From an uncultured Verrucomicrobiae bacterium (GTDB lineage Bacteria; Verrucomicrobiota; Verrucomicrobiia; Chthoniobacterales; UBA10450), in assembly GCA_963815455.1 (NCBI GenBank), contig CAWFGO010000001.1:1536001-1600000 (forward strand): a stretch of DNA of 64,000 nucleotides, read 5' to 3'. Of the stretch, positions 49,326 through 60,271 are shown in pieces; the stretch's first letter is position 1; each line of letters opens with the position of its first letter. The translations under genes and the position numbers were made by a program. Below the pieces are notes generated by a model that made no database searches, was not told where the DNA came from, and saw only the letters and a program-made list of their open reading frames with translations.

Positions 49326-49522
49326 TCTAACGGCGCTCGAGCCGGAGGTGTGCCGATTTCCCGGCATCTACTGGCTCGGTGCGATCTACGCCCAGGCGTC
49401 CAGCGAATCGCGGACGCGGAATTTCCCGCTTTAGCGGGGCCGTTAAGAGAATCACCGAAATCAGAAAAATAGACATGACTAATTCAGAGCTAGTGAACGC
49501 CGAGAGAAGACATCGGCAAGCC

Positions 49523-50788
49523 ATGAAACTTGGAATCTCCTTAGTTTCATTGATCGCAATACTGGCAGGCGTCTCCGACGCTGCTGCCGGTGATCGGCTT
49601 TTGCAGCGCGAGGTCGTAACAGTCGTTCTGCGTGAAAATCCGCGATTGAAGGCAGCACAGTCGAAATGGGAAATGATGAAGAAACGGGTACCGCAGGCTC
49701 GCGCCTGGGATGATCCAATGATCGGTGTCGATGTCGAGCGGCATGGCACGACCCGCTTCGATACTTTCTCGGATAACGAGTGGATGGCGTCACAATCCAT
49801 CCCGGTGTCCGGCAAAAATATGGCTCGCGGAAGAGTGGCCGTGGCCGAAGCATTTGTAACATTCCAGGAAGTTCGACGCATCGAGCTGGATGTTGTCAGC
49901 CGGGCGAAAGCCGCTTTGGCGCGCTTCGCCGGCGCCTACGGTCAACTCGAGATCAATCGACGCAACCAGGAACTGTTGAAACAGTTTACCGAGATCAGCC
50001 GGGCAAAGTATGAAAGCGGAACACAAACCCAGGCGGACGTTTTGATCGCACAAACCGACCTTGCCAGACTGGCAGAGACCCGGGCTCAGCTCGAACGCGA
50101 AGTTTCCGATCAGCAAACACAGTTGAATGTGTTGATGAACCGGCCGGCCTCCTCGTCCCTTGATCGTCCGTCGGCCCTCGATTTCACACCGGTCGGCGGA
50201 TCGAACGCGAAGCTCGAGAGCTTCGCGTTGTCGAATCGTCCGGAGATCCTAATCGCCCAACACAAAGTTGAGGCGGAAAGGGCCCGGGTTCAGCTGGCGC
50301 GGCGGCAATGGTTTCCCGATCCGAAACTGCGCGTCGAAGCGCGCGAGTTCAAGGATTCCGGCGGAATACAGGAATATGACACGGGCATTTTCTTTGACGT
50401 TCCCTGGCCGAATTTTTCGAAATATTCGGCCGCAATAGCAGAAGCCCGAAACAGTCTCGAGACGGCCGAAAAAGAATATGAGGCGGTGCGAACCGAAGTT
50501 GCGGGGCTGGTACGCGATCAACTCAAAAAGATCGAAACGTCCGCGGAGAACTATCATCTGTTTCGCGACAACATCACTCCGCTGGCCAGTCAGGCGATCG
50601 AAGCGACCCGTTCAAGTTACGAATCGGACAAGACAAGTTTTCTCGAATTGGTGACCGCTCGTCGAACTTTGCAGGACACCGATTCAGCTCAACTCCAACA
50701 TCTGATCGACCACGAAGTGGCCGTCGCGGAGCTCGACGCGATTATTGGGCGAACTAACCGGCAAATCGAACAGGGAGATTCAAAATGA
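49523..50788 (+). CDS. TolC/CusC outer-membrane efflux protein
   Basis: Signal peptide, NPRL.AA, SQ.IP..GK and Y.SG...QADVL; coupled to cusB. Confidence 0.88.
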   Translation: MKLGISLVSLIAILAGVSDAAAGDRLLQREVVTVVLRENPRLKAAQSKWEMMKKRVPQARAWDDPMIGVDVERHGTTRFDTFSDNEWMASQSIPVSGKNMARGRVAVAEAFVTFQEVRRIELDVVSRAKAALARFAGAYGQLEINRRNQELLKQFTEISRAKYESGTQTQADVLIAQTDLARLAETRAQLEREVSDQQTQLNVLMNRPASSSLDRPSALDFTPVGGSNAKLESFALSNRPEILIAQHKVEAERARVQLARRQWFPDPKLRVEAREFKDSGGIQEYDTGIFFDVPWPNFSKYSAAIAEARNSLETAEKEYEAVRTEVAGLVRDQLKKIETSAENYHLFRDNITPLASQAIEATRSSYESDKTSFLELVTARRTLQDTDSAQLQHLIDHEVAVAELDAIIGRTNRQIEQGDSK

Positions 50789-52356
50789 ATTCACGAATTC
50801 TTCAACTCTTTTGTGCATTGAGCATCGCGCTCTCCGCAGCTTCATGCTCCAAGCGCGTGACGGAGAGCTCTTCGGAAAAGACGCTCTATACCTGCAGCAT
50901 GCATCCGCAGGTGATGCAGGATCATCCCGGGGATTGCCCGATTTGCGGAATGAAGCTCGTACCCGTTCGCAAACAGCCATCGCTCGCTACGAGCAAAGAG
51001 GCGAAGGGCGGCAGCAATCGCAAGATCGACTATTACAAGTCGACCATGCTCCTGGGCGAGATCAGCCAGACGCCCCGGAAGGACAGCATGGGAATGGACA
51101 TGGTCCCGGTTTACGAGGGCGAGGAGGAAACGAACACGATCAATGTCGATCCCGCAACCGTCCAGAAGATGAACGTGCGCACGGGTATTGTCACCAAAGG
51201 TCCGCTGCGTCGAATCATTCGAACAGTCGGCGTAATCGATTACAACGAAACGGCGCTCGCCGACGTGACGACAAAATTTCGCGGCTGGATCGAGAAGCTG
51301 TATGTCGATTCGACCGGGAAGCAGGTCCACAAAGGCGAGCCCCTGTTCGATATCTACTCGCCGGAACTCTACACTGCGCAAAGCGAGTATGTGCTCGCTC
51401 TAAATCAAAATTCCGCTGGGCTCAAGCAAAGCGCCCGACAAAAGCTGAAGCTTTTTGACGTTTCCGAAGATCAGATAGCTGAACTCGAAAAGAGCCGGCA
51501 GGCGCAACGGACACTGCGAGTAGATGCGCCGATCGATGGCATCGTGGTCGAGAAGATGGCGGTGCAGGGGCAGATGGTTGAGGCTGGAATGAAGTTGTAC
51601 CGGCTGGCCGATCTCGGGATCGTCTGGGTCCAATCACAAATCTACGAGCAGGACCTTGCGCTATTGAAGTTGGGACAGGAAGCGGAAGTAAGCCTTTCCT
51701 ATCTACCGGACCGGAAATTTCGCGGCCGCGTCACTTACATTTATCCGACGGTCGATGAGAAGACGCGTACTGCTCAGGTGCGGATGGAATTTCACAATCC
51801 GGGATTCTTTTTGAAGCCGGGAATGTTCGCGACCGTCGAGCTGCGAGCCGAGCTGAAACCTGCCGCATTGCTCGTTCCCGACTCGGCGGTTCTTCGAAGC
51901 GGGGAGAAAAACACCGTGTTTGTCGCTCTCGACGGCGGTCATTTTGAACCGCGCGAGGTCAGGCTCGGTCCTCGTGCGGACAACGATTCTTATGAGGTGC
52001 TCAGCGGACTCAAGGAAGGGGAACGGGTGGTGATATCGGGGCAGTTCATGCTCGATTCCGAGAGCCAGCTTCGGGAAGCGATTCAGAAGATGCTGAACCC
52101 GAATGCGACTCCACCGCCAGTGTCGGCAGGAAGCCAGTCTCTGCATCAGCAACCGTCCGCGACCATCGCTTCAACCCAACTGCCGGTTCCGGCGCCGAGC
52201 AGCTACGTCTGCCCCATGCCTGAGCACGCCGACATTAAGTACAATCATCCGGGCAAGTGCCCGATCTGCGGAATGACCCTTATTCCCACACCGGAAGAAG
52301 AGGTAGCCGCGCCGGCATCTTCGCCGACGGCAAGTCCGCCGGAACATCAACATTAG
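50785..52356 (+). CDS. cusB: CusB-like periplasmic adaptor with heavy-metal-binding domains
   Basis: YTCSMHP...CPICGMKL, DSMGMDMVPVY, GWIEKLY, LKPGMFA and C-terminal YVCPMPEH...CPICGM. Confidence 0.9.
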   Translation: MNSRILQLFCALSIALSAASCSKRVTESSSEKTLYTCSMHPQVMQDHPGDCPICGMKLVPVRKQPSLATSKEAKGGSNRKIDYYKSTMLLGEISQTPRKDSMGMDMVPVYEGEEETNTINVDPATVQKMNVRTGIVTKGPLRRIIRTVGVIDYNETALADVTTKFRGWIEKLYVDSTGKQVHKGEPLFDIYSPELYTAQSEYVLALNQNSAGLKQSARQKLKLFDVSEDQIAELEKSRQAQRTLRVDAPIDGIVVEKMAVQGQMVEAGMKLYRLADLGIVWVQSQIYEQDLALLKLGQEAEVSLSYLPDRKFRGRVTYIYPTVDEKTRTAQVRMEFHNPGFFLKPGMFATVELRAELKPAALLVPDSAVLRSGEKNTVFVALDGGHFEPREVRLGPRADNDSYEVLSGLKEGERVVISGQFMLDSESQLREAIQKMLNPNATPPPVSAGSQSLHQQPSATIASTQLPVPAPSSYVCPMPEHADIKYNHPGKCPICGMTLIPTPEEEVAAPASSPTASPPEHQH

Positions 52357-52362
52357 AAACCG

Positions 52363-55300
52363 ATGCTGCGAGCTATCATCGACTTTTCGTTGCGAAACAG
52401 GTTCGTCGTTCTGCTGGCGACGCTGGCGCTCACGTTTGCCGGCATTTTTGCTCTTCGCAACATCCCGCTCGATGCCATTCCTGATCTGTCTGACACGCAG
52501 GTGATCATCTACACGGAGTGGCAGGGGCAAGCGCCGCAGATCGTGCAGGATCAGGTTACGTATCCAATCACGACCAAGATGTTGTCGGTGCCGCGCGCGA
52601 AAGTGGTGCGCGGCTATTCGTTCTACGGATTCTCATTCGTTTATGTGATTTTCGACGACGGCACAGATCCATACTGGGCGCGGAGCCGGGTTCTGGAATA
52701 CCTCAGTTCTCTCAGCGGCAATCTGCCAAAAAATGTCACGCCCGCGCTCGGTCCGGATGCAACGGGAGTGGGTTGGGCGTTCATGTATTCGCTTAATTCC
52801 AAGCAGCGCAGTCTGGCGGAACTGCGCTCGATGCAAGACTGGTATCTGAAGTATCAGCTCACGTCGGTCGAGGGCGTCTCTGAGGTCGCGTCCATCGGCG
52901 GATTCGTGAAGCAGTATCAGGTGACCGTCGATCCGACGAAGCTCCGCGCTTATCACCTTTCGATTGCGGATGTCAGCACGGCGATCAAGAAGAGCAATGG
53001 CGAGGTCGGGGGCCGTTCCATCGAGATGGCGGAAAAGGAATTCATCCTGCGCGTGCGCGGTTACGTTCAAAGCGTCGACGATTTACGAAAGGTCGCGCTC
53101 GGAGTGGGTGCGAATGGCGTTCCGATTTTGCTCGACCAGGTCGCAAACGTGCAACTTGGCCCCGACATGCGGCGTGGCATTGCCGAGTTGAACGGCGATG
53201 GCGAAACCGTGGGAGGCATTGTCGTCGTGCGTTACGGCGCGAATGCCCGTCATGTCATTCAGGACGTGAAGAAACGGCTCGATCAGGCGATGAAAGCATT
53301 GCCGCCGGATGTGAGCTACACGGTTGCCTACGACCGCACCGACTTGATTGATCGCGCGGTGGCCACGCTCGAATGGAAGCTGGTCGAGGAGAGCATCGTC
53401 GTCGCGCTCGTGTGCATCGCATTTCTCCTGCATTTCCGCAGCGCCCTGGTCGCGATCATCATTCTGCCGGTCGCGGTATTGATCGCGTTCGCGGTCATGT
53501 ACCAGCAGGGGATCAGCTCAAATATCATGTCGCTCGGCGGCATCGCGATCGCGATCGGCGCGATGGTCGATGCCGTAATCATCATGATCGAGAACGCGCA
53601 CAAGCACATCGAGCGCGATGGAGGCAAAAAACCGCACTGGCAAATCATTCGCGACGCGTCGATCGAAGTCGGGCCGACGCTTTTTTATTCGCTGCTCGTT
53701 ATCACGGTTTCGTTCATCCCGGTGTTCGCGCTCCAGGCGCAGGAAGGCCGGTTATTCAAGCCTTTGGCGTTTACGAAAACCTACTCGATGGCAGCCGCGG
53801 CGCTGCTCTCCATCACGCTCGCGCCGATCCTGATGGGTTACTTCATCCGCGGAAGGATTCCCGCCGAAGAGCGCAACCCGATCAATCGATTTCTCATCTG
53901 GCTTTATCATCCAGTGATTGATTTCGTGATTCGCCGGCGCTGGGTCGTTATTGCGAGTGCTGCCTTGATCGTGGCGTGGGTTTTTCTGCCGTGGAATCGA
54001 CTGGTGACGAATTATCTGCCGCCGGGAGTGCTGCGGAACTGCGTCCCTCGCGGTCGGAAAACTTTTTCCATATCAGAATCTCGGCTCCGAGTTCATGCCG
54101 CCGCTTTACGAAGGCGACTTGCTCTACATGCCGACCACGTTTCCCGGAATTTCGACGACGAAAGCCCGCGAGGTTCTCCAGCAAACGGACAAAATCCTCA
54201 AGAGCTTTCCCGAAGTGCACACGTTTTCGGCAAGATCGGCCGCGCGGAAACCGCCACCGATCCGGCGCCGATGGACATGATTGAGACAACCATCATGCTG
54301 AAAGACGAGAAGGACTGGCCCGCGGTCGATATCAAAGATCAAAACGGCAAGACCGTCGCGCATCGCAAACGCACGGTGGACGAACTGACTGACGCGATGA
54401 ACGCCGCGATTCAATTCCCTGGACTCAACAACGCCTGGACGATGCCGATCAAGACGAGGATCGACATGCTGGCCACGGGAATCAAAACGCCGGTCGGCAT
54501 CAAAGTCGCCGGGCCCGACCTCGATCAACTGGAGCGGATCGCCGCTCAGATCGAAGCGGTGGTGCGACAAGTTCCCGGCACATCGAGTGTTTTTGCCGAA
54601 CGGGTGATGGGCGGCAATTACATCGAGTTCAACATTAACCGCGATGAGATAGCCCGCTACGGCCTGGCTCTCGCCGATGTCCAGGAAGTGCTTGAAGTCG
54701 CGCTCGGCGGGATGCCTTTGACAACAACCGTCGAAGGTCTCGAGCGTTACAGCATCAATCTTCGCTACGACCGCGATTTTCGCGAAAATCTCGAAGCGCT
54801 ACGTGAAATCATCATTCCCACTCCAACCGGCGCTCAAATCCCGCTCGGCCAACTGGCAAAAATCGATGTTGTCCGGGCGCCGATGGGGATAAAAAGCGAA
54901 GGCGCCGTCCCCAACGACTGGATTTACGTGGATGTGAAAAACATCGACGTCGGCACGTATGTGCGGATGGCTCAGCGCGCCGTCAATCAGGCCATCGCCA
55001 ATAAGACTGATCCTGCTTCCGAGCGGATATAATATTTTCTGGAGCGGCCAGTACCGAATACATGCTGCGCGCTCAGCAGCGGCTGACGATCGTTATTCCA
55101 ATTACGCTGCTGATCATCGTCCTGATCATTTATCTCAACACCCGCTCGTTTGTCGGCACAGCCATCATTATGCTTTCGGTGCCACTCGCGCTGGTTGGCT
55201 CGTTTTGGATGCTCTACCTGCTTGGCTACAATCTGAGCGTCGCTGTCTGGATAGGATTGATCGCTCTCGCGGGCGTAAGTGCCGAGACCGGCGTGGTCAT

Positions 55301-55637
55301 GCTTCTTTATCTCGAGATTGCCTACGATCAATGGGTTCGTGAAGGAAAAATGCGAAGCGCGGCCGATCTGCGCGATGCGATTTACCAAGGCGCGGTAAAG
55401 CGAGTGCGTCCAAAGGCAATGACCGCGGCTGTCATCATCGGCGGTTTGATTCCGATCATGTGGAGCCACGGCGCCGGCGCCGATGTGATGAAACGCATCG
55501 CCACCCCAATGATCGGCGGCGTGATTACTTCGGTAATCATGGAACTCGTGCTCTATCCGGCAATTTTCTTTGTCTGGCGCTCACGCCGACTGCGAAGAGA
55601 CGTCTCAGCTCCGGCCGCCGATCCGCTCCTAGTGTAA
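52363..55637 (+). CDS. cusA: CusA Cu/Ag RND efflux permease; apparent frameshifts at ~54030-54230 and ~55000-55060
   Basis: LDAIPDLSDTQVII, LGPDATGVGW, LLYMPTT (alternate frame), PAPMDM, MPIKTRIDML and GA..RVRPKAMT. Confidence 0.92.
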
Positions 55638-55660
55638 AGGGAGCCTGGCAAGGAGAGCGC

Positions 55661-58576
55661 TTATTTTCGCGCTTCAGGCGTAACGGTAATCGTCATGCGG
55701 CGGCCGTCGCGATCGACGATGATGTTCACCGGACGGCCAATTTTCGCGGCATCGAGCGCGTAGGTATAATCGTAAATGTTAGTGATCTTCTGGCCTGCGA
55801 ACTCCACGATGACGTCGCCGCCTTTAAGCCCGCCTTTTTCAGCCGGGCTGCCCCCGCGCACGCCGCTTAGCTTTACCCCTTTCACTTCGGTGGTGTAATC
55901 GGGGATCGTCCCGAGGTAGGTACGCAGAGTCTCGCGCCCGCCGCCGGCCGGCCCGCTTCGTTCCACTTTGGCGAGGTCGGGACGCTCGGGCGTTTCGACA
56001 AGATCGACAATGACCTGGCGGGTGAATTTCGTTATCCGCTCGAGATCTTTGTAGTCGAGTTTTTCCGCGGTGTCAGTCGGCCGATGATAATCCTCGTGCG
56101 CTCCGGTAAAGAAGTTCAGGACCGGAACGTTCTTCGTGTAGAAACTGGTTACGTCGGTTGGCAGATAGGGATCGTCCTGAAGCGTGAGATTGAATCCGGC
56201 GCTGACATTTCGTTTCTCCATGAGTCGCCTCCAGGCATGGGAGGACCCGACACCTTGCAATGTCAATTTGTTGTCGCGCATTCGCCCGACCATGTCGGCA
56301 TTTACGTAGGCAACAATCTTGTTAGGTGGCATCGGCGGATGTTCGCAAAATGCGGCCGATCCGATTAGTCCAATTTCTTCGCCCGACCAGCAGGCGAAAA
56401 TTACACCACGACGGAATTTTTCCGGATGTGCCGCGCGCTCCCGGGCCAGCGATGCGGCCAGCTCCATGACCCAGGCGACGCCCGATGCGTTGTCGTCGGC
56501 GCCGGGATGAATTTTGTTTTCCTCGCCGGCCCGGTCAAGCGAGCTGCTTCCGCCATGACCGAGATGATCGTAGTGCGCACCAACGACAACGTATTCGTCG
56601 CCGCTCGATTTTGGCGACGACGGAAAATAGGCAACGACATTCGAATCGCTTTTCTTCAGGTGCTCGACGCCGCAACTGAGCGTCACGGTTACCTTCGGCA
56701 AAGCGAATCCGTTTTCGGCATGTGGATTTTCCGTGTCGAGCCCGGATTGCAGCTCTTTCAGATTCCTTCCACCAGGCGCCAAAAGTGATTCGGTAATTTT
56801 TCCGCCGATCGAGACGGCGATGATGCCACTGGCCGCGTTGGTGAAGTCGTTTGTGAGGGGAACCAGTTCTCCGGCATGCGGCGAGTTCGGTCCGGTGGCG
56901 ACCAGCACCGCTTTTGCCCCATGCTCGCGGGCCAGCATCGCTTTGTAGCGAAGCGAAGAATAACGATTGAGCTGGGCCCGCCGTGCCGGCTCGACGTTCT
57001 CCGGGACGTAGCGCAGGATGAGAACAATCTTGTTCTTCACGTCCAGGCCGGCGTAGGAATCGTATCGATCGCCGCCATCCCCGGGCATCACCAGGCCATA
57101 TCCCGCGAACACGACTTCGCCGCTCGCGTCGCCGTTCTCGGTAAATGGAAGTGGCCGAAAATCCTGATCGAGTTTGGCGGGAACGGCGGGAGACTTGGAG
57201 TCAGCGGTCGCGATTTCAAACCGCGTCTTTTCCGGCAGAACACGTTCGCCGGCGTTGAAGTCGAAAGGCATCGCAAAGTTTTCTGTCAACGACTTGAGAC
57301 CAGCCTGGCGAAAATAGTGGGCGAGCCAGGCAGCCGTCGTCTGAGCGCCCGCCGTGCCCGTCATGCGCCCATCGCGTGCTGGATCGGCGAGCCACTCCAC
57401 TTCGTGATGGAGATCGGTTTCGCTAATCTCTGGCGAGAACGTGCCGGCATTCTCGCCCGGCTGCGATCGCTGCGGCGCCTCGCTTAGCGCGGCCCGCGCC
57501 GCTTCGTCGTTCCAATCGGCCAGAAAAAGCTGCGCTTTTCCGTCGCCGGTCCGCCCACTCGTCCAGCAGAGTTTTTTTCCATCGGGAGAAAAAACCGGCA
57601 ATCCGTCAAACCCGGTCGTGAAGGTCACGCGTACCGGCTCGTGTTCGCCGTTCACATCGACAATGAACAACTCGAAGTTCTCAAAACCGAGCTTGTTCGA
57701 GGTAAAGATGACGTATTTGCCGCCGGGATGATAGAACGGCGCCCAGGACATCGATTTGAAATCGGTGAGGCGCCGCTTGTCCGAGCCGTCTGGTTTCATT
57801 GTCCAGACATCGGCGATCATCCCGTTCTCTTCGAAATGCCGCCAAATAATCCGCTGACCGTCGGGCGAGAAAAACGGACCGCCGTCATAACCCGGTGCAT
57901 CGGTTAGGCGGCGAACATTCGAGCCATCCGTGTTCATTAGGTAAATGTCTCCGAACCAGGAGGGGTCTTTCTCGTATCGGGCGCGCTGTTCCGGAGAAAG
58001 CTTGTCGATCGGGAACGCGGACCGCAGCGAGCAGAAAACGATTTGTTTTCCATCGGGTGAAACTGCGCCTTCGGCGTCGTAGCCGGGCGAATGGGTCAGG
58101 TTCACCAGATCGGAGCCGTTTTGGCGGGCGGAATAAATGTCGAACGCGGCATCGTAATCCCACGAATAACGGCGCTGTTTACCGCTGGCCCGAAATTCCA
58201 GCTCAGTTTTTTGCTTGGCGCGCGCCTCCGGGTCGGCGTGCGTTGAAGCGAAGATCACGCGGTCGGCGGCCGGCTGAAAGAAACCGCAGGTCGTTTTGCC
58301 GGTACCGGGCGAGACCCGCGTGGTGTCCCCCGTGTTCAGATCGAGCAGGTATATCTGGTAAAACGGATTTCCTTCCTCGCGCTCGCTTTGGAAGATGAGC
58401 TTTTGTCCATCCGGTGAAAAGTAGCCTTCGCCACTGCGCCGTCCTTCGAAGATCAATTGCCGCGCGTTGCTGATGAAGCGCGATTCCTGGGCGGTGTCAT
58501 CGGCGGCATAGGAGTGCCCAAGGACAAAAAGGACACAAAGGACACAAAGCCGACCCACTTTTGTCTTTTGAGTCAT
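55661..58576 (-). CDS. M28 family peptidase with N-terminal TolB/PD40 propeller, PA and C-terminal PDZ domains
   Basis: SGEGYFSPDG repeats, GAHYDHLG, GADDNASG, SGEEIGLIGS, NADMVGR, DYH.P.D and YLGTIPDY. Confidence 0.92.
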   Translation of the reverse strand: MTQKTKVGRLCVLCVLFVLGHSYAADDTAQESRFISNARQLIFEGRRSGEGYFSPDGQKLIFQSEREEGNPFYQIYLLDLNTGDTTRVSPGTGKTTCGFFQPAADRVIFASTHADPEARAKQKTELEFRASGKQRRYSWDYDAAFDIYSARQNGSDLVNLTHSPGYDAEGAVSPDGKQIVFCSLRSAFPIDKLSPEQRARYEKDPSWFGDIYLMNTDGSNVRRLTDAPGYDGGPFFSPDGQRIIWRHFEENGMIADVWTMKPDGSDKRRLTDFKSMSWAPFYHPGGKYVIFTSNKLGFENFELFIVDVNGEHEPVRVTFTTGFDGLPVFSPDGKKLCWTSGRTGDGKAQLFLADWNDEAARAALSEAPQRSQPGENAGTFSPEISETDLHHEVEWLADPARDGRMTGTAGAQTTAAWLAHYFRQAGLKSLTENFAMPFDFNAGERVLPEKTRFEIATADSKSPAVPAKLDQDFRPLPFTENGDASGEVVFAGYGLVMPGDGGDRYDSYAGLDVKNKIVLILRYVPENVEPARRAQLNRYSSLRYKAMLAREHGAKAVLVATGPNSPHAGELVPLTNDFTNAASGIIAVSIGGKITESLLAPGGRNLKELQSGLDTENPHAENGFALPKVTVTLSCGVEHLKKSDSNVVAYFPSSPKSSGDEYVVVGAHYDHLGHGGSSSLDRAGEENKIHPGADDNASGVAWVMELAASLARERAAHPEKFRRGVIFACWSGEEIGLIGSAAFCEHPPMPPNKIVAYVNADMVGRMRDNKLTLQGVGSSHAWRRLMEKRNVSAGFNLTLQDDPYLPTDVTSFYTKNVPVLNFFTGAHEDYHRPTDTAEKLDYKDLERITKFTRQVIVDLVETPERPDLAKVERSGPAGGGRETLRTYLGTIPDYTTEVKGVKLSGVRGGSPAEKGGLKGGDVIVEFAGQKITNIYDYTYALDAAKIGRPVNIIVDRDGRRMTITVTPEARK
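58520..58574. repeat. 9-bp-period tandem repeat (AAGGACAMA x3) with a partial inverted copy
   Basis: aaggacaaa aaggacaca aaggacaca ... cttttgtcttttgagtc. Confidence 0.8.
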
Positions 58577-59235
58577 TGTGGTCGCTGCTTGTTTCGAGCG
58601 GCGATGCGCGCGCGCGTCATGCGCTCGCGTAAACCGCCTTCCTTTAAAAAATCCTGCTCCAGGCGGTCGAGCTGTCGGTCGAGCAGATAGCAAGTCACCT
58701 TAATCAAGCCAGCGATGGCGTTGGCGCAGATTGCTGGATCGACATGTTCGATCGCTTTCTTGAAAGTCGCGTAATTGGCGCCAGGCGTTCGGTTGAGCTG
58801 GCGCAGGCGACGGGCATGAGAGTGATCTGGAGTCCATTCTTCGATGCTTCGGCTGCGCATGAAATCCCGGTAATCTTCGAGAAGTTCTTTCAGGCTCGCG
58901 CGGGCGACATTCGTGAGCTTGATCTCAGTTTCCTTGGAAGTGCCAGAAGCTTCGCTCCCTTCAAGAATATTTTGTTTCCCGGAGCGCGCCGCCTGAATCA
59001 TCTGGTCGCGGGTGCGATCGAACTTCGTAAAGAAACGATTACAGAAGTGCTGCGTGGCATCGTAGACAATGAGTGCTTTTTGATACGAGAGCAGGTCCTG
59101 GTAGCCGCCATGTGGCGGAATGAAAGTCTCGCGACTCTCATCCAGCGACGAAAGGGACTTAAGGGACGAAAGCGACTTCCTCGCGCCGCGCTCATCTCTC
59201 GTCCCTGGTGCCCTTTTCGTCCCTCGGTTCTCCAT
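58573..59235 (-). CDS. Four-helix-bundle protein (23S rRNA IVP/Avd-like) with four-helix-bundle suffix domain
   Basis: HGGYQDLLSYQK, DQMIQAARSGKQNI.EGS, VARASL.ELL.DY.DF and F.KEGG.RERM..AR. Confidence 0.9.
   Translation of the reverse strand: MENRGTKRAPGTRDERGARKSLSSLKSLSSLDESRETFIPPHGGYQDLLSYQKALIVYDATQHFCNRFFTKFDRTRDQMIQAARSGKQNILEGSEASGTSKETEIKLTNVARASLKELLEDYRDFMRSRSIEEWTPDHSHARRLRQLNRTPGANYATFKKAIEHVDPAICANAIAGLIKVTCYLLDRQLDRLEQDFLKEGGLRERMTRARIAARNKQRPQ
59147..59227. repeat. 9-bp-period repeats forming an inverted pair at the 5' end of the four-helix-bundle gene
   Basis: gacgaaagg gacttaagg gacgaaagc versus gtccctggt gcccttttc gtccctcgg. Confidence 0.8.
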
Positions 59236-59254
59236 TACGCCGCTTTTTACCGCC

Positions 59255-60271
59255 TCATGCCGGCGCGGTCGAGGAGGAACTAACCGGGTAACTCGAAAGC
59301 GCCCGCATGTATTGCGCTCTCTCGAACGCGCTCGGGTCGGGGCAATTCTTCTGGCTCATGCTGCCTTTGAGTTGCTCGACCGATTCGTATTCGTGTTCGT
59401 CGAGCCATTCAGTCATCTCGCGTTCGATGACGCGAATGTGATCGATGCCGCGCCGCAATAACACCGAGCAAAGCATTGTGACATCGGCGCCGGCCATCAG
59501 CATCTTCAGGGCATCGGTGGCGCGATGAATCCCGCTGGTCGCGGCGAGGTCTGCGCCGATGCGGCCATACAACAGCGCGATCCAGCGCATGGGCAACCGC
59601 ATCGCCATCGGCGTGCTGAGAAGCAGATTGGGACTGATCTCGAGCGTCTCCAGTTCGATGTCCGGCTGGTAAAAGCGATTGAACAGCACCAGCGCGTTGG
59701 CGCCATTGCGTTCGAGACTTCGCGCGAAACGCGCCAGGTTCGTAAAATACGGACTGAGCTTCACCGCCACCGGGATTTTCAACTGCGCTTTTACTGAAGC
59801 GACAATGGTCAGGTAATCGGTTTCGATCTCGTCGGCGCTGCGCTCCGGATCGGTCGACACGTTATAGATGTTCAGCTCCAGGGCATCGGCCCCGGCTTGC
59901 TCGATTTGCCGGGCATATTTCATCCAGCCGCCAAACGTCGTGCCGTTGAGGCTGCCGATGATCGGAATGTTCACAGTGGCTTTGGCTTTTGCCAGATGCT
60001 CGAGATACGCTTCCGGTCCGACCTTAAATTCAGCCGGCTCGGGAAAATAGTTCAGCGCTTCAGCGTACGATTCCGCGCCTTGTTCAAGGTAGTGGGTTAG
60101 CTCGTGATGTTCACGGCGAAGTTGCTCTTCGAAGAGTGAGTGGAAAACCACCGCGGAAGCGCCGGCGTCTTCCATTTTTTTGATATTGTCGATGTTCTGC
60201 GAGAGCGGTGAGGCCGACGGAACGAGCGGTGTTCGCAGTTTGAAGCCGAGATAAGTGGTGCTGAGTTTCAT
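59255..60271 (-). CDS. Dihydroorotate dehydrogenase-like flavoprotein (PFOR-associated)
   Basis: YLG.KL..PLV.SASPL, SLFEEQ, GADALELN, AVKLSPYF, LFNRFYQPDI and FERAQY. Confidence 0.9.
   Translation of the reverse strand: MKLSTTYLGFKLRTPLVPSASPLSQNIDNIKKMEDAGASAVVFHSLFEEQLRREHHELTHYLEQGAESYAEALNYFPEPAEFKVGPEAYLEHLAKAKATVNIPIIGSLNGTTFGGWMKYARQIEQAGADALELNIYNVSTDPERSADEIETDYLTIVASVKAQLKIPVAVKLSPYFTNLARFARSLERNGANALVLFNRFYQPDIELETLEISPNLLLSTPMAMRLPMRWIALLYGRIGADLAATSGIHRATDALKMLMAGADVTMLCSVLLRRGIDHIRVIEREMTEWLDEHEYESVEQLKGSMSQKNCPDPSAFERAQYMRALSSYPVSSSSTAPA

Noticed and set aside
58520..59227. Short repeats as a CRISPR array or DGR
   Set aside because: The units are 9 bp with no spacers. There are no cas genes, no reverse transcriptase and no template/variable repeat pair in the window.
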